Shown: piece after piece, positions 38,125 through 51,018 of the stretch
How positions within the stretch are numbered: position 1 is the first letter of the stretch
How the letters are laid out: every line of letters begins with the position of its first letter
NCBI GenBank assembly: GCA_010909165.1
Contig: VJWM01000281.1
Span: 62,001 to 126,000, forward strand
Direction: 5' to 3'
DNA length: 64,000 nucleotides
Source: Anthoceros angustus
Taxonomy: Eukaryota > Plantae > Anthocerotophyta
Notes under the pieces: generated by a model
Seen by the model: only the letters and a program-made list of their open reading frames with translations
Databases searched by the model: none
Told to the model about the DNA's origin: nothing
Made by a program: the position numbers and the translations under genes

Positions 38125-41100
38125 CCTAGGTTAACTCACTAGAGCATAGTTAGCAAACCGTAGTCAAGAACCTCGGGTTACACAAATTGGACATGGACAC
38201 GGACCAAGCCGCAGGGCTACAAGTCACACGCCAAGATCAAGAAGACTCTCTTCTTGGCATGCAAGTCCTTGCACTACATGTCGGTACTAGGTGCTTCTTT
38301 GGCTTCTTGATCCCACTCCTCGTGAGACAGTTTTATGAGCCTCCAATGCGCCATGTGATTATTCTATTACTTGGCCAACTACTAGTTGAACTACATTATT
38401 TACATCGTCCTCGAAATTAGCATACAATGAGCCTAATTGTGTGTCTTCGTATATGTGGGGCGTAGTTTGATCTTGGCATGCAAGTCCTTGCACTACATGT
38501 CGGTACTAGGTGCTTCTTTGGCTTCTTGATCCCACTCCTCGTGAGACAGTTTTATGAGCCTCCAATGCGCCATTTGATTATTCTTTTACTTGTTCAAGGT
38601 ACAATACACTATTTCAAGATCGCAAAGTGGACATTTGAAAGGTCCTTGAGATAGCTTTGGCACGACTTTTGTGATTTGTTGAGTAGCCTACCAACTACGG
38701 ACCGTGATCCAAGGACGAGCATAGTCTCGATGAGCTAAGCACCTAATCGGTGCAGACGAGATGGTGGATCAAAAGAAGGAGATATGGGAGCTTGCGACTA
38801 ACCATAGTCGTGCTAGCCTAGGTTAACTCACTAGAGCATAGTTAGCAAACCGTAGTCAAGAACCTCGGGTTACACAAATTGGACATGGACACGGACCAAG
38901 CCGCAGGGCTACAAGTCACACGCCAAGATCGCAATTTTTGATTTGTGGAGCAACCCACTAATGTTTCATTATAACTTATTTCAAAAACTTTAATCAAATC
39001 CATATGGACATATACATATGTCCAAACAACACAAATCAAAGCGTGACGAGGAAAATGCAAATGCTAGCCTAGTCTAGAAAAATAATGAGTTTTGCTTTCT
39101 CACCGTCTTCTTGGCATTTTCGGCTGATTTGTGGAGCAACCCACTGTAGTAGACATCGATTGGCACGCTTAGGCTATGAATATCGATCTCAAATATTTTT
39201 GCCAACTTCATTGCTAGTTCTAAATAAAGCTCCAAAACCTACATTATTTACATCCTCCTTCTTGTTCAAGGTACAATACACTATTTCAAGATCGCAAAGT
39301 GGACATTTGAAAGGTCCTTGAGATAGCTTTGGCACGACTTTTGTGATTTTTGGTTTTGCCCAGCTCTTACGCTTGCCCATGTTTCTCAATGTCTTGTTCA
39401 AGGTACAATACACTCTTAAGTGCACAAGCACGAAGCAATTGTAACTATGGTTGATATAAACATAATTTCTAAGAAGGCACAAGTTGGTCTTGAAGATGGT
39501 CTTTGCCCTCTTCCTCTTCTTGGCATTTTCGGCTGATTTGTGGAGCAACCCACTAATGTTTCTTGAAGATGGTCTTTGCCCTTTTGAGACATGTTGTATG
39601 ATTCCCCAATGTGCCAAGAGATTATTCTTTTACTTGTTCAAGGTACAATACACTATTTCAAGATCGCAGTGGACATTTGAAAGGTCCTTGAGATAGAGCA
39701 AGATGCAAGAAGGAGATGGGAGCTTGCGACTAACCATAGTCGTGCTAGCCTAGTCTAGAAAAATAATGAGTTTTGCTTTCTCACCGTCTTCTTGTTCAAA
39801 CATGAAGATCACTTTTTGGTCTTGAAGATCTCAATGCACCGGAGTGGATCAAAGAAGGAGATGGGAGCTTGCTCAATCCGCCGTGACGATTAACAAAAGC
39901 TCATACACTCTTAAGTGCACAAGCACGAAGCAATTGTAACTATGGTTGATATAAACATAATTTCTAAGAAGGCACAAGTTGGTCTTGAAGATCTCAATGC
40001 ACCGGAGTGGATCAAAGAAGGAGATGGGAGCTTGCGACTAACCATAGTCGTGCTAGCCTAGTCTAGAAAAATAATGAGTTTTGCTTTCTCACCGTCTTCT
40101 TGGCATGCAAGTCCTTGCACTACATGTTTCTTGAAGATCTCAATGCACCGGAGTGGATCAAAAGAAGGAGATGGGAGCTTGCGACTAACCATAGTCGTGC
40201 TAGCCTAGGTTAACTCACTAGAGCATAGTTAGCAAACCGTAGTCAAGAACCTCGGGTTACACAAATTGGACATGGACACGGACCAAGCCGCAGGGCTACA
40301 AGTCACACGCCAAGATCAAGAAGACTCTCTTCTTCTATTTATCTATCTAGGTACATGATGGCATCAACAAATCCATCAATTGCAAGAATGTATCCAAGAT
40401 GGGGTATTGTTATTCTTTTACTTGTTCAAGGTACAATACACTATTTCAAGATCAAGAAGACTCTCTTCTTCTTCTTGTTCAAACATGAAGATCACTTTTT
40501 GGTTGGAAGTTTCATGCCAAAGCTGGTTAAAAGTAACGTTTGGGTCGGACCGTTCGATGATAGTTCATACATGCCACATAAGCAATCATGCTTTAGTAGA
40601 GAAATTGATCCAAAATAGAATGGGTGTAGTTGATCTTGGCATTTTCGGCTGATTTGTGGAGCAACCCACTAATGTTTCTCAATGTCTTGTTCAAGGTACA
40701 ATACACTATTTCAAGATCGCAAAGTGGACATTTGAAAGGTCCTTGAGATAGCTTTGGCACGACTTTTGTGATTTTTGGTTTTGCCCAGCTCTTACGCTTG
40801 CCCATGTTTCTCAATGTCTTGTTCAAGGTACAATACACTATTTCAAGATCGCAGTGGACATTTGAAAGGTCCTTGAGATAGCTTTGGCACGACTTTTGTG
40901 ATTTTTGGTTGGAAGTTTCATGCCAAAGCTGGTTAAAAGTAACGTTTGGGTCGGACCGTTCGATGATAGTTCATACATGCCACATAAGCAATCATGCTTT
41001 AGTAGAGAAATTAATCCAAAATAGAATGGGTGTAGTTTCTCAATGTCTTGTTCAAACATGAAGATCACTTTTTGGTCTTGAAGATCTCAATGCACCGGAG

Positions 41101-44100
41101 TGGATCAAAGAAGGAGATGGGAGCTTGCGACTAACCATAGTCGTGCTAGCCTAGTCTAGAAAAATAATGAGTTTTGCTTTCTCACCGTCTTCTTGTTCAA
41201 GGTACAATACACTATTTCAAGATCGCAGTGGACATTTGAAAGGTCCTTGAGATAGCTTTGGCACGACTTTTGTGATTTTTGGTTGGAAGTTTCATGCCAA
41301 AGCTGGTTAAAAGTAACGTTTGGGTCGGACCGTTCGATGATAGTTCATGTAGTTCAAATCCGCCACTTGGCCAATCACGATGATTACTTTTGGTCTTTGC
41401 CCTTTTCTATTCTTGGAATTTTGGTGATTTGTGGAGCAACCCACTAATGTTTCATTATAACTTATTCAAAAACTTTAATCAAATCCAAAATAGAATGGGT
41501 GTAGTTTCTCTTTGATGTAGACTAGGTTTTCAAAGTTTTGGTGTTTCATACTCAAGATGGGGTATTGTTATTCTTTTACTTGTTCAAGGTACAATACACT
41601 ATTTCAAGATCGCAGTGGACATTTGAAAGGTCCTTGATAGCTTTGGCACGACTTTTGTGATTTTTGGTTGGAAGTTTCATGCCACATAAGCAATCATGCT
41701 TTAGTAGAGAAATTGATCCAAAATAGAATGGGTGTAGTTTCTCTTTGATGTAGACTAGGTTTTCAAAGTTTTGGTGTTTCATACTCAAGATGGGGTATTG
41801 TTATTCTTTTACTTGTTCAAGGTACAATACACTATTTCAAGATCGCAAAGTGGACATTTGAAAGGTCCTTGATAGCTTTGGCACGACTTTTGTGATTTTT
41901 GGTTGGAAGTTTCATGCCAAAGCTGGTTAAAAGTAACGTTTGGGTCGGACCGTTCGATGATAGTTCATGTAGTTCAAATCCGCCACTTGGCCAATCACGA
42001 TGATTACTTTTGGTCTTTGCCCTTTTCTATTCTTGGAATTTTGGTTGGAAGTTTCATGCCAAAGCTGGTTAAAAGTAACGTTTGGGTCGGACCGTTCGAT
42101 GATAGTTCATGTAGTTCAAATCCGCCACTTGGCCAATCACGATGATTACTTTTGGTCTTTGCCCTTTTCTATTCTTGGAATTTTGGTTGGAAGTTTCATG
42201 CCAAAGCTGGTTAAAAGTAACGTTTGGGTCGGACCGTTCGATGATAGTTCATGTAGTTCAAATCCGCCACTTGGCCAATCACGATGATTACTTTTGGTCT
42301 TTGCCTTTTGAGACATGTTGTATGATTCCCCAATGTGCCAAGAGATTATTCTATTACTTGGCCAATCACGATGATTACTTTTGGTCTTTGCCTTTTGAGA
42401 CATGTTGTATGATTCCCCAATGTGCCAAGAGATTATTCTTTTACTTGTTCAAGGTACAATACACTATTTCAAGATCGCAAAGTGGACATTTGAAAGGTCC
42501 TTGATAGCTTTGGCACGACTTTTGTGATTTTTGGTTGGAAGTTTCATGCCAAAGCTGGTTAAAAGTAACGTTTGGGTCGGACCGTTCGATGATAGTTCAT
42601 ACATGCCACATAAGCAATCATGCTTTAGTAGAGAAATTGATCCAAAATAGAATGGGTGTAGTTTCTCTTTGATGTAGACTAGGTTTTCAAAGTTTTGGTG
42701 TTTCATGCCAAAGCTGGTTAAAAGTAACGTTTGGGTCGGACCGTTCGATGATAGTTCATACATGCCACATAAGCAATCATGCTTTAGTAGAGAAATTGAT
42801 CCAAAATAGAATGGGTGTAGTTTCTCTTTGATGTAGACTAGGTTTTCAAAGTTTTGGTGTTTCATACTCAAGATCAAGAAGACTCTCTTCTTCATGCCAC
42901 ATAAGCAATCATGCTTTAGTAGAGAAATTGATCCAAAATAGAATGGGTGTAGTTGATCTTGGCATTTTCGGCTGATTTGTTGAGTAGCCTACCAACTACG
43001 GACCGTGATCCAAGAAGACTCTCTTCATGCCAAAGCTGGTTAAAAGTAACGTTTGGGTCGGACCGTTCGATGATAGTTCATACATGCCACATAAGCAATC
43101 ATGCTTTAGTAGAGAAATTGATCCAAAATAGAATGGGTGTAGTTTCTCTTTGATGTAGACTAGGTTTTCAAAGTTTTGGTGTTTCATACTCAAGATCAAG
43201 AAGACTCTCTTCTTCATGCCAAAGCTGGTTAAAAGTAACGTTTGGGTCGGACCGTTCGATGATAGTTCATACATGCCACATAAGCAATCATGCTTTAGTA
43301 GAGAAATTGATCCAAAATAGAATGGGTGTAGTTTCTCTTTGATGTAGACTAGGTTTTCAAAGTTTTGGTGTTTCATACTCAAGATGGGGTATTGTTATTC
43401 TTCTTCATGCCAAAGCTGGTTAAAAGTAACGTTTGGGTCGGACCGTTCGATGATAGTTCATACATGCCACATAAGCAATCATGCTTTAGTAGAGAAATTG
43501 ATCCAAAATAGAATGGGTGTAGTTTCTCTTTGATGTAGACTAGGTTTTCAAAGTTTTGGTGTTTCATGCCAAAGCTGGTTAAAAGTAACGTTTGGGTCGG
43601 ACCGTTCGATGATAGTTCATACATGCCACATAAGCAATCATGCTTTAGTAGAGAAATTGATCCAAAATAGAATGGGTGTAGTTTCTCTTTGATGTAGACT
43701 AGGTTTTCAAAGTTTTGGTGTTTCATGCCAAAGCTGGTTAAAAGTAACGTTTGGGTCGGACCGTTCGATGATAGTTCATGTAGTTCAAATCCAAAATAGA
43801 ATGGGTGTAGTTTCTCTTTGATGTAGACTAGGTTTTCAAAGTTTTGGTGATTTGTTGAGTAGCCTACCAACTACGGACCGTGATCCAAGGACGAGCATAG
43901 TCTCGATGAGCTAAGCACCTAATCGCTGCACGAGCAGCCGCACGAGATGGTGGATCGCAGCAGCTGGCGACTAACCATAGTCGTGCTAGCCTAGGTTAAC
44001 TCACTAGAGCATAGTTAGCAAACCGTAGTCAAGTTGGTCTTGAAGATGGTGGATCAAAAGAAGGAGCGAAATTGGAGAAACATTTTAGCACAAGTCATGC

Positions 44101-45353
44101 GAGACCCACCTCTGGACAAGAGATTATTCTTTTACTTGTTCAAGGTACAATACACTATTTCAAGATCAAGAAGACTCTCTTCTTGGCATGCAAGTCCTTG
44201 CACTACATGTCGGTACTAGGTGCTTCTTTGGCTTCTTGATCCCACTCCTCGTGAGACAAGTTTTATGAGCCTCCAATGTGCCAAGAGATTATTCTTTTAC
44301 TTGTTCAAGGTACAATACACTATTTCAAGATCAAGAAGACTCTCTTCTTGTTCAAGGTACAATACACTATTTCAAGATCGCAGTGGACATTTGAAAGGTC
44401 CTTGATAGCTTTGGCACGACTTTTGTGATTTTGGTGATTTGTTGAGTAGCCTACCAACTACGGACCGTGATCCAAGAAGGAGATATGGGAGCTTGCTCAA
44501 TCCGCCGTGATAGCTTTGGCACGACTTTTGTGATTTTGGTGATTTGTGGAGCAACCCACTAATGTTTCATTATAACTTATTTCAAAAACTTTAATCAAAT
44601 CCAAAATAGAATGGGTGTAGTTTGGGTCGGACCGTTCGATGATAGTTCATACATGCCACATAAGCAATCATGCTTTAGTAGAGAAATTGATCCAAAATAG
44701 AATGGGTGTAGTTTGGGTCGGACCGTTCGATGATAGTTCATACATGCCACATAAGCAATCATGCTTTAGTAGAGAAGGAGATATGGGAGCTTGCTCAATC
44801 ACGATGATTACTTTTGGTCTTGAAGATGGTGGATCAAAAGAAGGAGATATGGGAGCTTGCTCAATCACGATGATTACTTTTGGTCTTTGCCCTTTTCTAT
44901 TCTTGGAATTTTTGGTTGGAAGTTTCATGCCAAAGCTGGTTAAAAGTAACGTTTGGGTCGGACCGTTCGATGATAGTTCATACATGCCACATAAGCAATC
45001 ATGCTTTAGTAGAGAAATTGATCCAAAATAGAATGGGTGTAGTTTCTCTTTGATGTAGACTAAGCTTGAACTATCATTGAACTACTAGTTTGGCATGCAA
45101 GTCCTTGCACTACATGTCGGTACTAGGTGCTTCTTTGGCTTCTTGATCCCACTCCTCGTGAGACAAGTTTTATGAGCCTCCAATGCGCCATGTGATTATT
45201 CTTTTACTTGTTCAAGGTACAATACACTATTTCAAGATCAAGAAGACTCTCTTCTTGTTCAAGGTACAATACACTATTTCAAGATCGCAGTGGACATTTG
45301 AAAGGTCCTTGATAGCTTTGGCACGACTTTTGTGATTTGTTGAGTAGCCTACC

Positions 45354-45448
45354 AACTACTAGTTGAACTACTAGTTGAACTACTAGTTGAACTACTAGTT
45401 GAACTACTAGTTGAACTACTAGTTGAACTACTAGTTGAACTACTAGTT
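45354..45448. repeat. (AACTACTAGTTG)n minisatellite, ~8 units
   Basis: Perfect 12-bp repeats. Confidence 0.95.
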
Positions 45449-46491
45449 TGGCATGCAAGAAAAGGTTTTTTTTTTTTTTGGTTGTTTCATTATAACTTAT
45501 TTCAAAAACTTTAATCAAATCCATATGGACATATACATGCCACATAAGCAATCATGCTTTAGTAGAGAAATTGATCCAAAATAGAATGGGTGTAGTTTCT
45601 CTTTGATGTAGACTAAGCTTGAACTATCATTGAACTACTAGTTGAACTACTAGTTGAACTACTAGTTTGGCATGCAAGTCCTTGCACTACATGTTTCTTG
45701 AAGATGGTGGATCAAAAGAAGGAGATATGGGAGCTTGCTCAATCCGCCGTGATAGCTTTGGCACGACTTTTGTGATTTTGGTTGGAAGTTTCATGCCAAA
45801 GCTGGTTAAAAGTAACGTTTGGGTCGGACCGTTCGATGATAGTTCATACATGCCACATAAGCAATCATGCTTTAGTAGAGAAATTGATCCAAAATAGAAT
45901 GGGTGTAGTTCAAATCCATATGGACATATACATGCCACATAAGCAATCATGCTTTAGTAGAGAAATTGATCCAAAATAGAATGGGTGTAGTTTCTCTTTG
46001 ATGTAGACTAAGCTTGAACTATCATTGAACTACTAGTTTGGCATGCAAGTCCTTGCACTACATGTTTCTTGAAGATCACTTTTGGTCTTTGCCTCTTCTT
46101 GTTCAAACATGAAGATCACTTTTGGTCTTGAAGATCACTTTTGGTCTTTGCCTCTTCTTGTTCAAGGTACAATACACTATTTCAAGATCGCAGTGGACAT
46201 TTGAAAGGTCCTTGATAGCTTTGGCACGACTTTTGTGATTTTGGTGATTTGTGGAGCAACCCACTAATGTTTCATTATAACTTATTTCAAAAACTTTAAT
46301 CAAATCCATCAATTGCAAGAATGTATCCAAGATGGGGTATTGTTATTCTTCTTCTATTTATTCAAAGATATTTACAAGCCAGCTCACAAAACCCTATTGT
46401 GGCTATCATGATGTGCAAGCTTGATCACATGTTGCTCACCCTAATAAACCCCACGGTCCTAGTTCATGTAGTTCAAATCCGCCACTTGGCC

Positions 46492-46625
46492 AACTACTAG
46501 TTGAACTACTAGTTGAACTACTAGTTGAACTACTAGTTGAACTACTAGTTGAACTACTAGTTGAACTACTAGTTGAACTACTAGTTGAACTACTAGTTGA
46601 ACTACTAGTTGAACTACTAGTTGAA
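46492..46625. repeat. (AACTACTAGTTG)n minisatellite, ~11 units
   Basis: Perfect 12-bp repeats. Confidence 0.95.
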
Positions 46626-48025
46626 GAGGAGGAAAATGCAAATGCTAGCCTAGTCTAGAAAAATAATGAGTTTTGCTTTCTCACCGTCTTCTTGTTCAAA
46701 CATGAAGATCACTTTTGGTCTTGAAGATGGTGGATCAAAAGAAGGAGATATGGGAGCTTGCTCAATCCGCCGTGATTAACAAAAGCTCATACACTCTTAA
46801 GTGCACAAGCACGAAGCAATTGTAACTATGGTTGATATAAACATAATTTCTAAGAAGGCACAAGTTGGTCTTGAAGATGGTGGATCAAAAGAAGGAGATA
46901 TGGGAGCTTGCTCAATCCGCCGTGATTAACAAAAGCTCATACACTCTTAAGTGCACAAGCACGAAGCAATTGTAACTATGGTTGATATAAACATAATTTC
47001 TAAGAAGGCACAAGTTGGTCTTGAAGATCACTTTTGGTCTTGAAGATCTCAATGCCTTTTGAGACATGTTGTATGATTCCCCAATGTGCCAAGAGATTAT
47101 TCTATTACTTGGCCAATCACGATGATTACTTTTGGTCTTTGCCCTTTTCTATTCTTGGAATTTTGATGTAGACTAGGTTTTCAAAGTTTTGGTGTTTCAT
47201 ACTCAAGATGGGAGCTTGCTCAATCCGCCACTTGGCCAATCACGATGATTACTTTTGGTCTTGAAGATGGTGGACCGTTCGATGATAGTTCATACATGCC
47301 ACATAAGCAATCATGCTTTAGTAGAGAAATTGATCCAAAATAGAATGGGTGGAAAGGCAAGGAGTTGGAGATACATGGAGTCGCACAAAACCCTATTGTG
47401 GCTATCATGATGTGCAAGCTTGATCACATGTTGCTCACCCTAATAAACCCCACGGTCCTAGTTCATGTAGTTCAAATCCGCCACTTGGCCAATCACGATG
47501 ATTACTTTTGGTCTTTGCCCTCTTCCTCTTCTTGTTCAAGGTACAATACACTATTTCAAGATCGCAGTGGACATTTGAAAGCAAGCTAGAGAAGGAGAGG
47601 CACCACCGAGATGTTTTGGTTTTGCCCAGCTCTTACGCTTGCCCATGTTTCTTGAAATGCAAATGCTAGCCTAGGTTAACTCACTAGAGCATAGTTAGCA
47701 AACCGTAGTCAAGAACCTCGGGTTACACAAATTGGACATGGACACGGACCAAGCCGCAGGGCTACAAGTCACACGCGCCAAGATCAAGAAGGCACAAGTT
47801 GGTCTTGAAGATGGTGGATCAAAAGAAGGAGATATGGGAGCTTGCTCAATCCGCCACTTGGCCAATCACGATTAACAAAAGCTCATACACTCTTAAGTGC
47901 ACAAGCACGAAGCAATTGTAACTATGGTTGATATAAACATAATTTCTAAGAAGGCACAAGTTGGTCTTGAAGATGGTGGATCAAAAGAAGGAGATATGGG
48001 AGCTTGCTCAATCCGCCACTTGGCC

Positions 48026-48108
48026 AACTACTAGTTGAACTACTAGTTGAACTACTAGTTGAACTACTAGTTGAACTACTAGTTGAACTACTAGTTGAAC
48101 TACTAGTT
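48026..48108. repeat. (AACTACTAGTTG)n minisatellite, ~7 units
   Basis: Perfect 12-bp repeats. Confidence 0.95.
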
Positions 48109-48612
48109 TGGCATGCAAGTCCTTGCACTACATGTCGGTACTAGGTGCTTCTTTGGCTTGATCACATGTTGCTCACCCTAATAAACCCCACGGTCCTAGT
48201 TCATGTAGTTCATGTAGTTCAATCTAGGTACATGATCATCAACAAATCCATCAATTGCAAGAATGTATCCAACGATGGACAATAAACACCAACAATATTT
48301 TTGCCAACTTCATTGCTAGTTCTAAATAAAGCTCCAAAACTACATTATTTACATCGTCTCAAATTAGCATACAATGAGCCTAATTGTGTGTCTTCGTATA
48401 TGTGGGCGTAGTTGATCTTGGCATGCAAGTCCTTGCACTACATGTCGGTACTAGGTGCTTCTTTGGCTTGATCCCACTCCTCGTGAGACAGTTTTATGAG
48501 CCTCCAATGCGCCATGTGATTATTCTATTACTTGGCCAATCACGATGATTACTTTTTGGTCTTTGCCCTTTTCTATTCTTGGAATTTTGATCGATTTGTT
48601 GAGTAGCCTACC

Positions 48613-48779
48613 AACTACTAGTTGAACTACTAGTTGAACTACTAGTTGAACTACTAGTTGAACTACTAGTTGAACTACTAGTTGAACTACTAGTTGAACT
48701 ACTAGTTGAACTACTAGTTGAACTACTAGTTGAACTACTAGTTGAACTACTAGTTGAACTACTAGTTGAACTACTAGTT
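48613..48779. repeat. (AACTACTAGTTG)n minisatellite, ~14 units
   Basis: Perfect 12-bp repeats. Confidence 0.95.
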
Positions 48780-50929
48780 TGGCATGGACCTCTAATAGTT
48801 TTGAATAGGTTTTCAAAGTTTTGGTGTTTCATACTCAAGATGGGGTATTGTTATTCTTCTTCTATTTATCTATCTAGGTACATGGTAGCATCAACAAATC
48901 CATCAATTGCAAGAATGTATCAAGAAGACTCTCTTCTTCATGCCAAAGCTGGTTAAAAGTAACGTTTGGGTCGGACCGTTCGATGATAGTTCATACATGC
49001 CACATAAGCAATCATGCTTTAGTAGAGAAATTGATCCAAAATAGAATGGGTGTAGTTCAAATCCGCCATGTGATTATTCTATTACTTGGCCAACTACTAG
49101 TTGAACTACTAGTTGAACTACTAGTTGAACTACTAGTTGAACTACTAGTTGAACTACATTATTTACATCGTCCTCAAATATTTTTGCCAACTACTAGTTG
49201 AACTACTAGTTTGGCATGCAAGTCCTTGCACTACATGTCGGTACTAGGTGCTTCTTTGGCTTGATCACATGTTGCTCACCCTAATAAACCCCACGGTCCT
49301 AGTTCAAATCCAAAATAGAATGGGTGTAGTTCAAATCCGCCACTTGGCCAATCACGATGATTACTTTTGGTCTTTGCCCTCTTCCTCTTCTTGTTCAAGA
49401 TCGCAGTGGACATTTGAAAGGTCCTTCACGGTGGAGCTTGCTCAATCCGCCGTGATTAACAAAAGCTCATACACTCTTAAGTGCACAAGCACGAAGCAAT
49501 TGTAACTATGGTTGATATAAACATAATTTCTAAGAAGGCACAAGTTGGTCTTGAAGATCTCAATGCACCGGAGTGGATCAAAGAAGGAGATAGTTCATAC
49601 ATGCCACATAAGCAATCATGCTTTAGTAGAGAAATTGATCCAAAATAGAATGGGTGTAGTTTCTCTTTGATGTAGACTAGGTTTTCAAAGTTTTGGTGTT
49701 TCATACTCAAGATGGGAGCTTGCTCAATCCGCCACTTGGCCAATCACGATGATTACTTTTGGTCTTTGCCCTCTTCCTCTTCTTGGCATGCAAGTCCTTG
49801 CACTACATGTCGGTACTAGGTGCTTCTTGATGATGAAGATTAAGGCCCTATCTAGGTACATGGTAGCATCAACAAATCCATCAATTGCAAGAATGTATCC
49901 AACGATGGACAATAAACACCAACAATATTTTTGCCAACTTCATTGCTAGTTCTAAATAAAGCTCCAAAACTACATTATTTACATCGTCCTCGAAATTAGC
50001 ATACAATGAGCCTAATTGTGTGTCTTCGTATATGTGGGGCGTAGTTGATCTTGGCATGCAAGTCCTTGCACTACATGTCGGTACTAGGTGCTTCTTTGGC
50101 TTCTTGATCCCACTCCTCGTGAGACAGGTTTTATGAGCCTCCAATGCGCCATGTGATTATTCTATTACTTGGCCAATCACGATGATTACTTTTGGTCTTT
50201 GCCCTTTTCTATTCTTGGAATTTTGGTGATTTGTTGAGGTATTTGTTCACACGATGATTACTTTTGGTCTTGAAGATCTCAATGCACCGGAGTGGATCAA
50301 AGAAGGAGATAGTTCATACATGCCACATAAGCAATCATGCTTTAGTAGAGAAATTGATCCAAAATAGAATGGGTGTAGTTTCTCTTTGATGTAGACTAGG
50401 TTTTCAAAGTTTTGGTGTTTCATACTCAAGATGGGGTATTGTTATTCTTCTTCTTGTTCAAACATGAAGATCACTTTTGGTCTTGAAGATCTCAATGCAC
50501 CGGAGTGGATCAAAGAAGGAGATATGGGAGCTTGCTCAATCCGCCACTTGGCCAATCACGATGATTACTTTTGGTCTTTGCCCTCTTCTTGTTCAAACAT
50601 GAAGATCACTTTTGGTCTTGAAGATCTCAATGCCATGTGATTATTCTTTACTTGTTCAAGGTACAATACACTATTTCAAGATCGCAGTGGACATTTGAAA
50701 GGTCCTTGAGATAGCTTTACGCTTGCCCATGTTTCTCAATGTCTTGTTCAAACATGAAGATCACTTTTGGTCTTGAAGATCTCAATGCACCGGAGTGGAT
50801 CAAAGAAGGAGATATGGGAGCTTGCTCAATCCGCCGTGATTAACAAAAGCTCATACACTCTTAAGTGCACAAGCACGAAGCAATTGTAACTATGGTTGAT
50901 ATAAACATAATTTCTAAGAAGGCACAAGT

Positions 50930-51018
50930 TGGTCTTGAAGATCACTTTTGGTCTTGAAGATCACTTTTGGTCTTGAAGATCACTTTTGGTCTTGAAGATC
51001 ACTTTTGGTCTTGAAGAT
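50930..51018. repeat. 19-bp tandem (GAAGATCACTTTTGGTCTT)n, ~4 units
   Basis: Direct perfect repeats. Confidence 0.9.

Noticed and set aside
45354-49160. CRISPR-like or repeat-protein reading of the 12-bp arrays (ORFs with LVVQ, TSSS or LVEL repeats)
   Set aside because: These are perfect tandem repeats with no spacers and no cas genes, in a eukaryotic context. The ORFs are just translations of the minisatellite.
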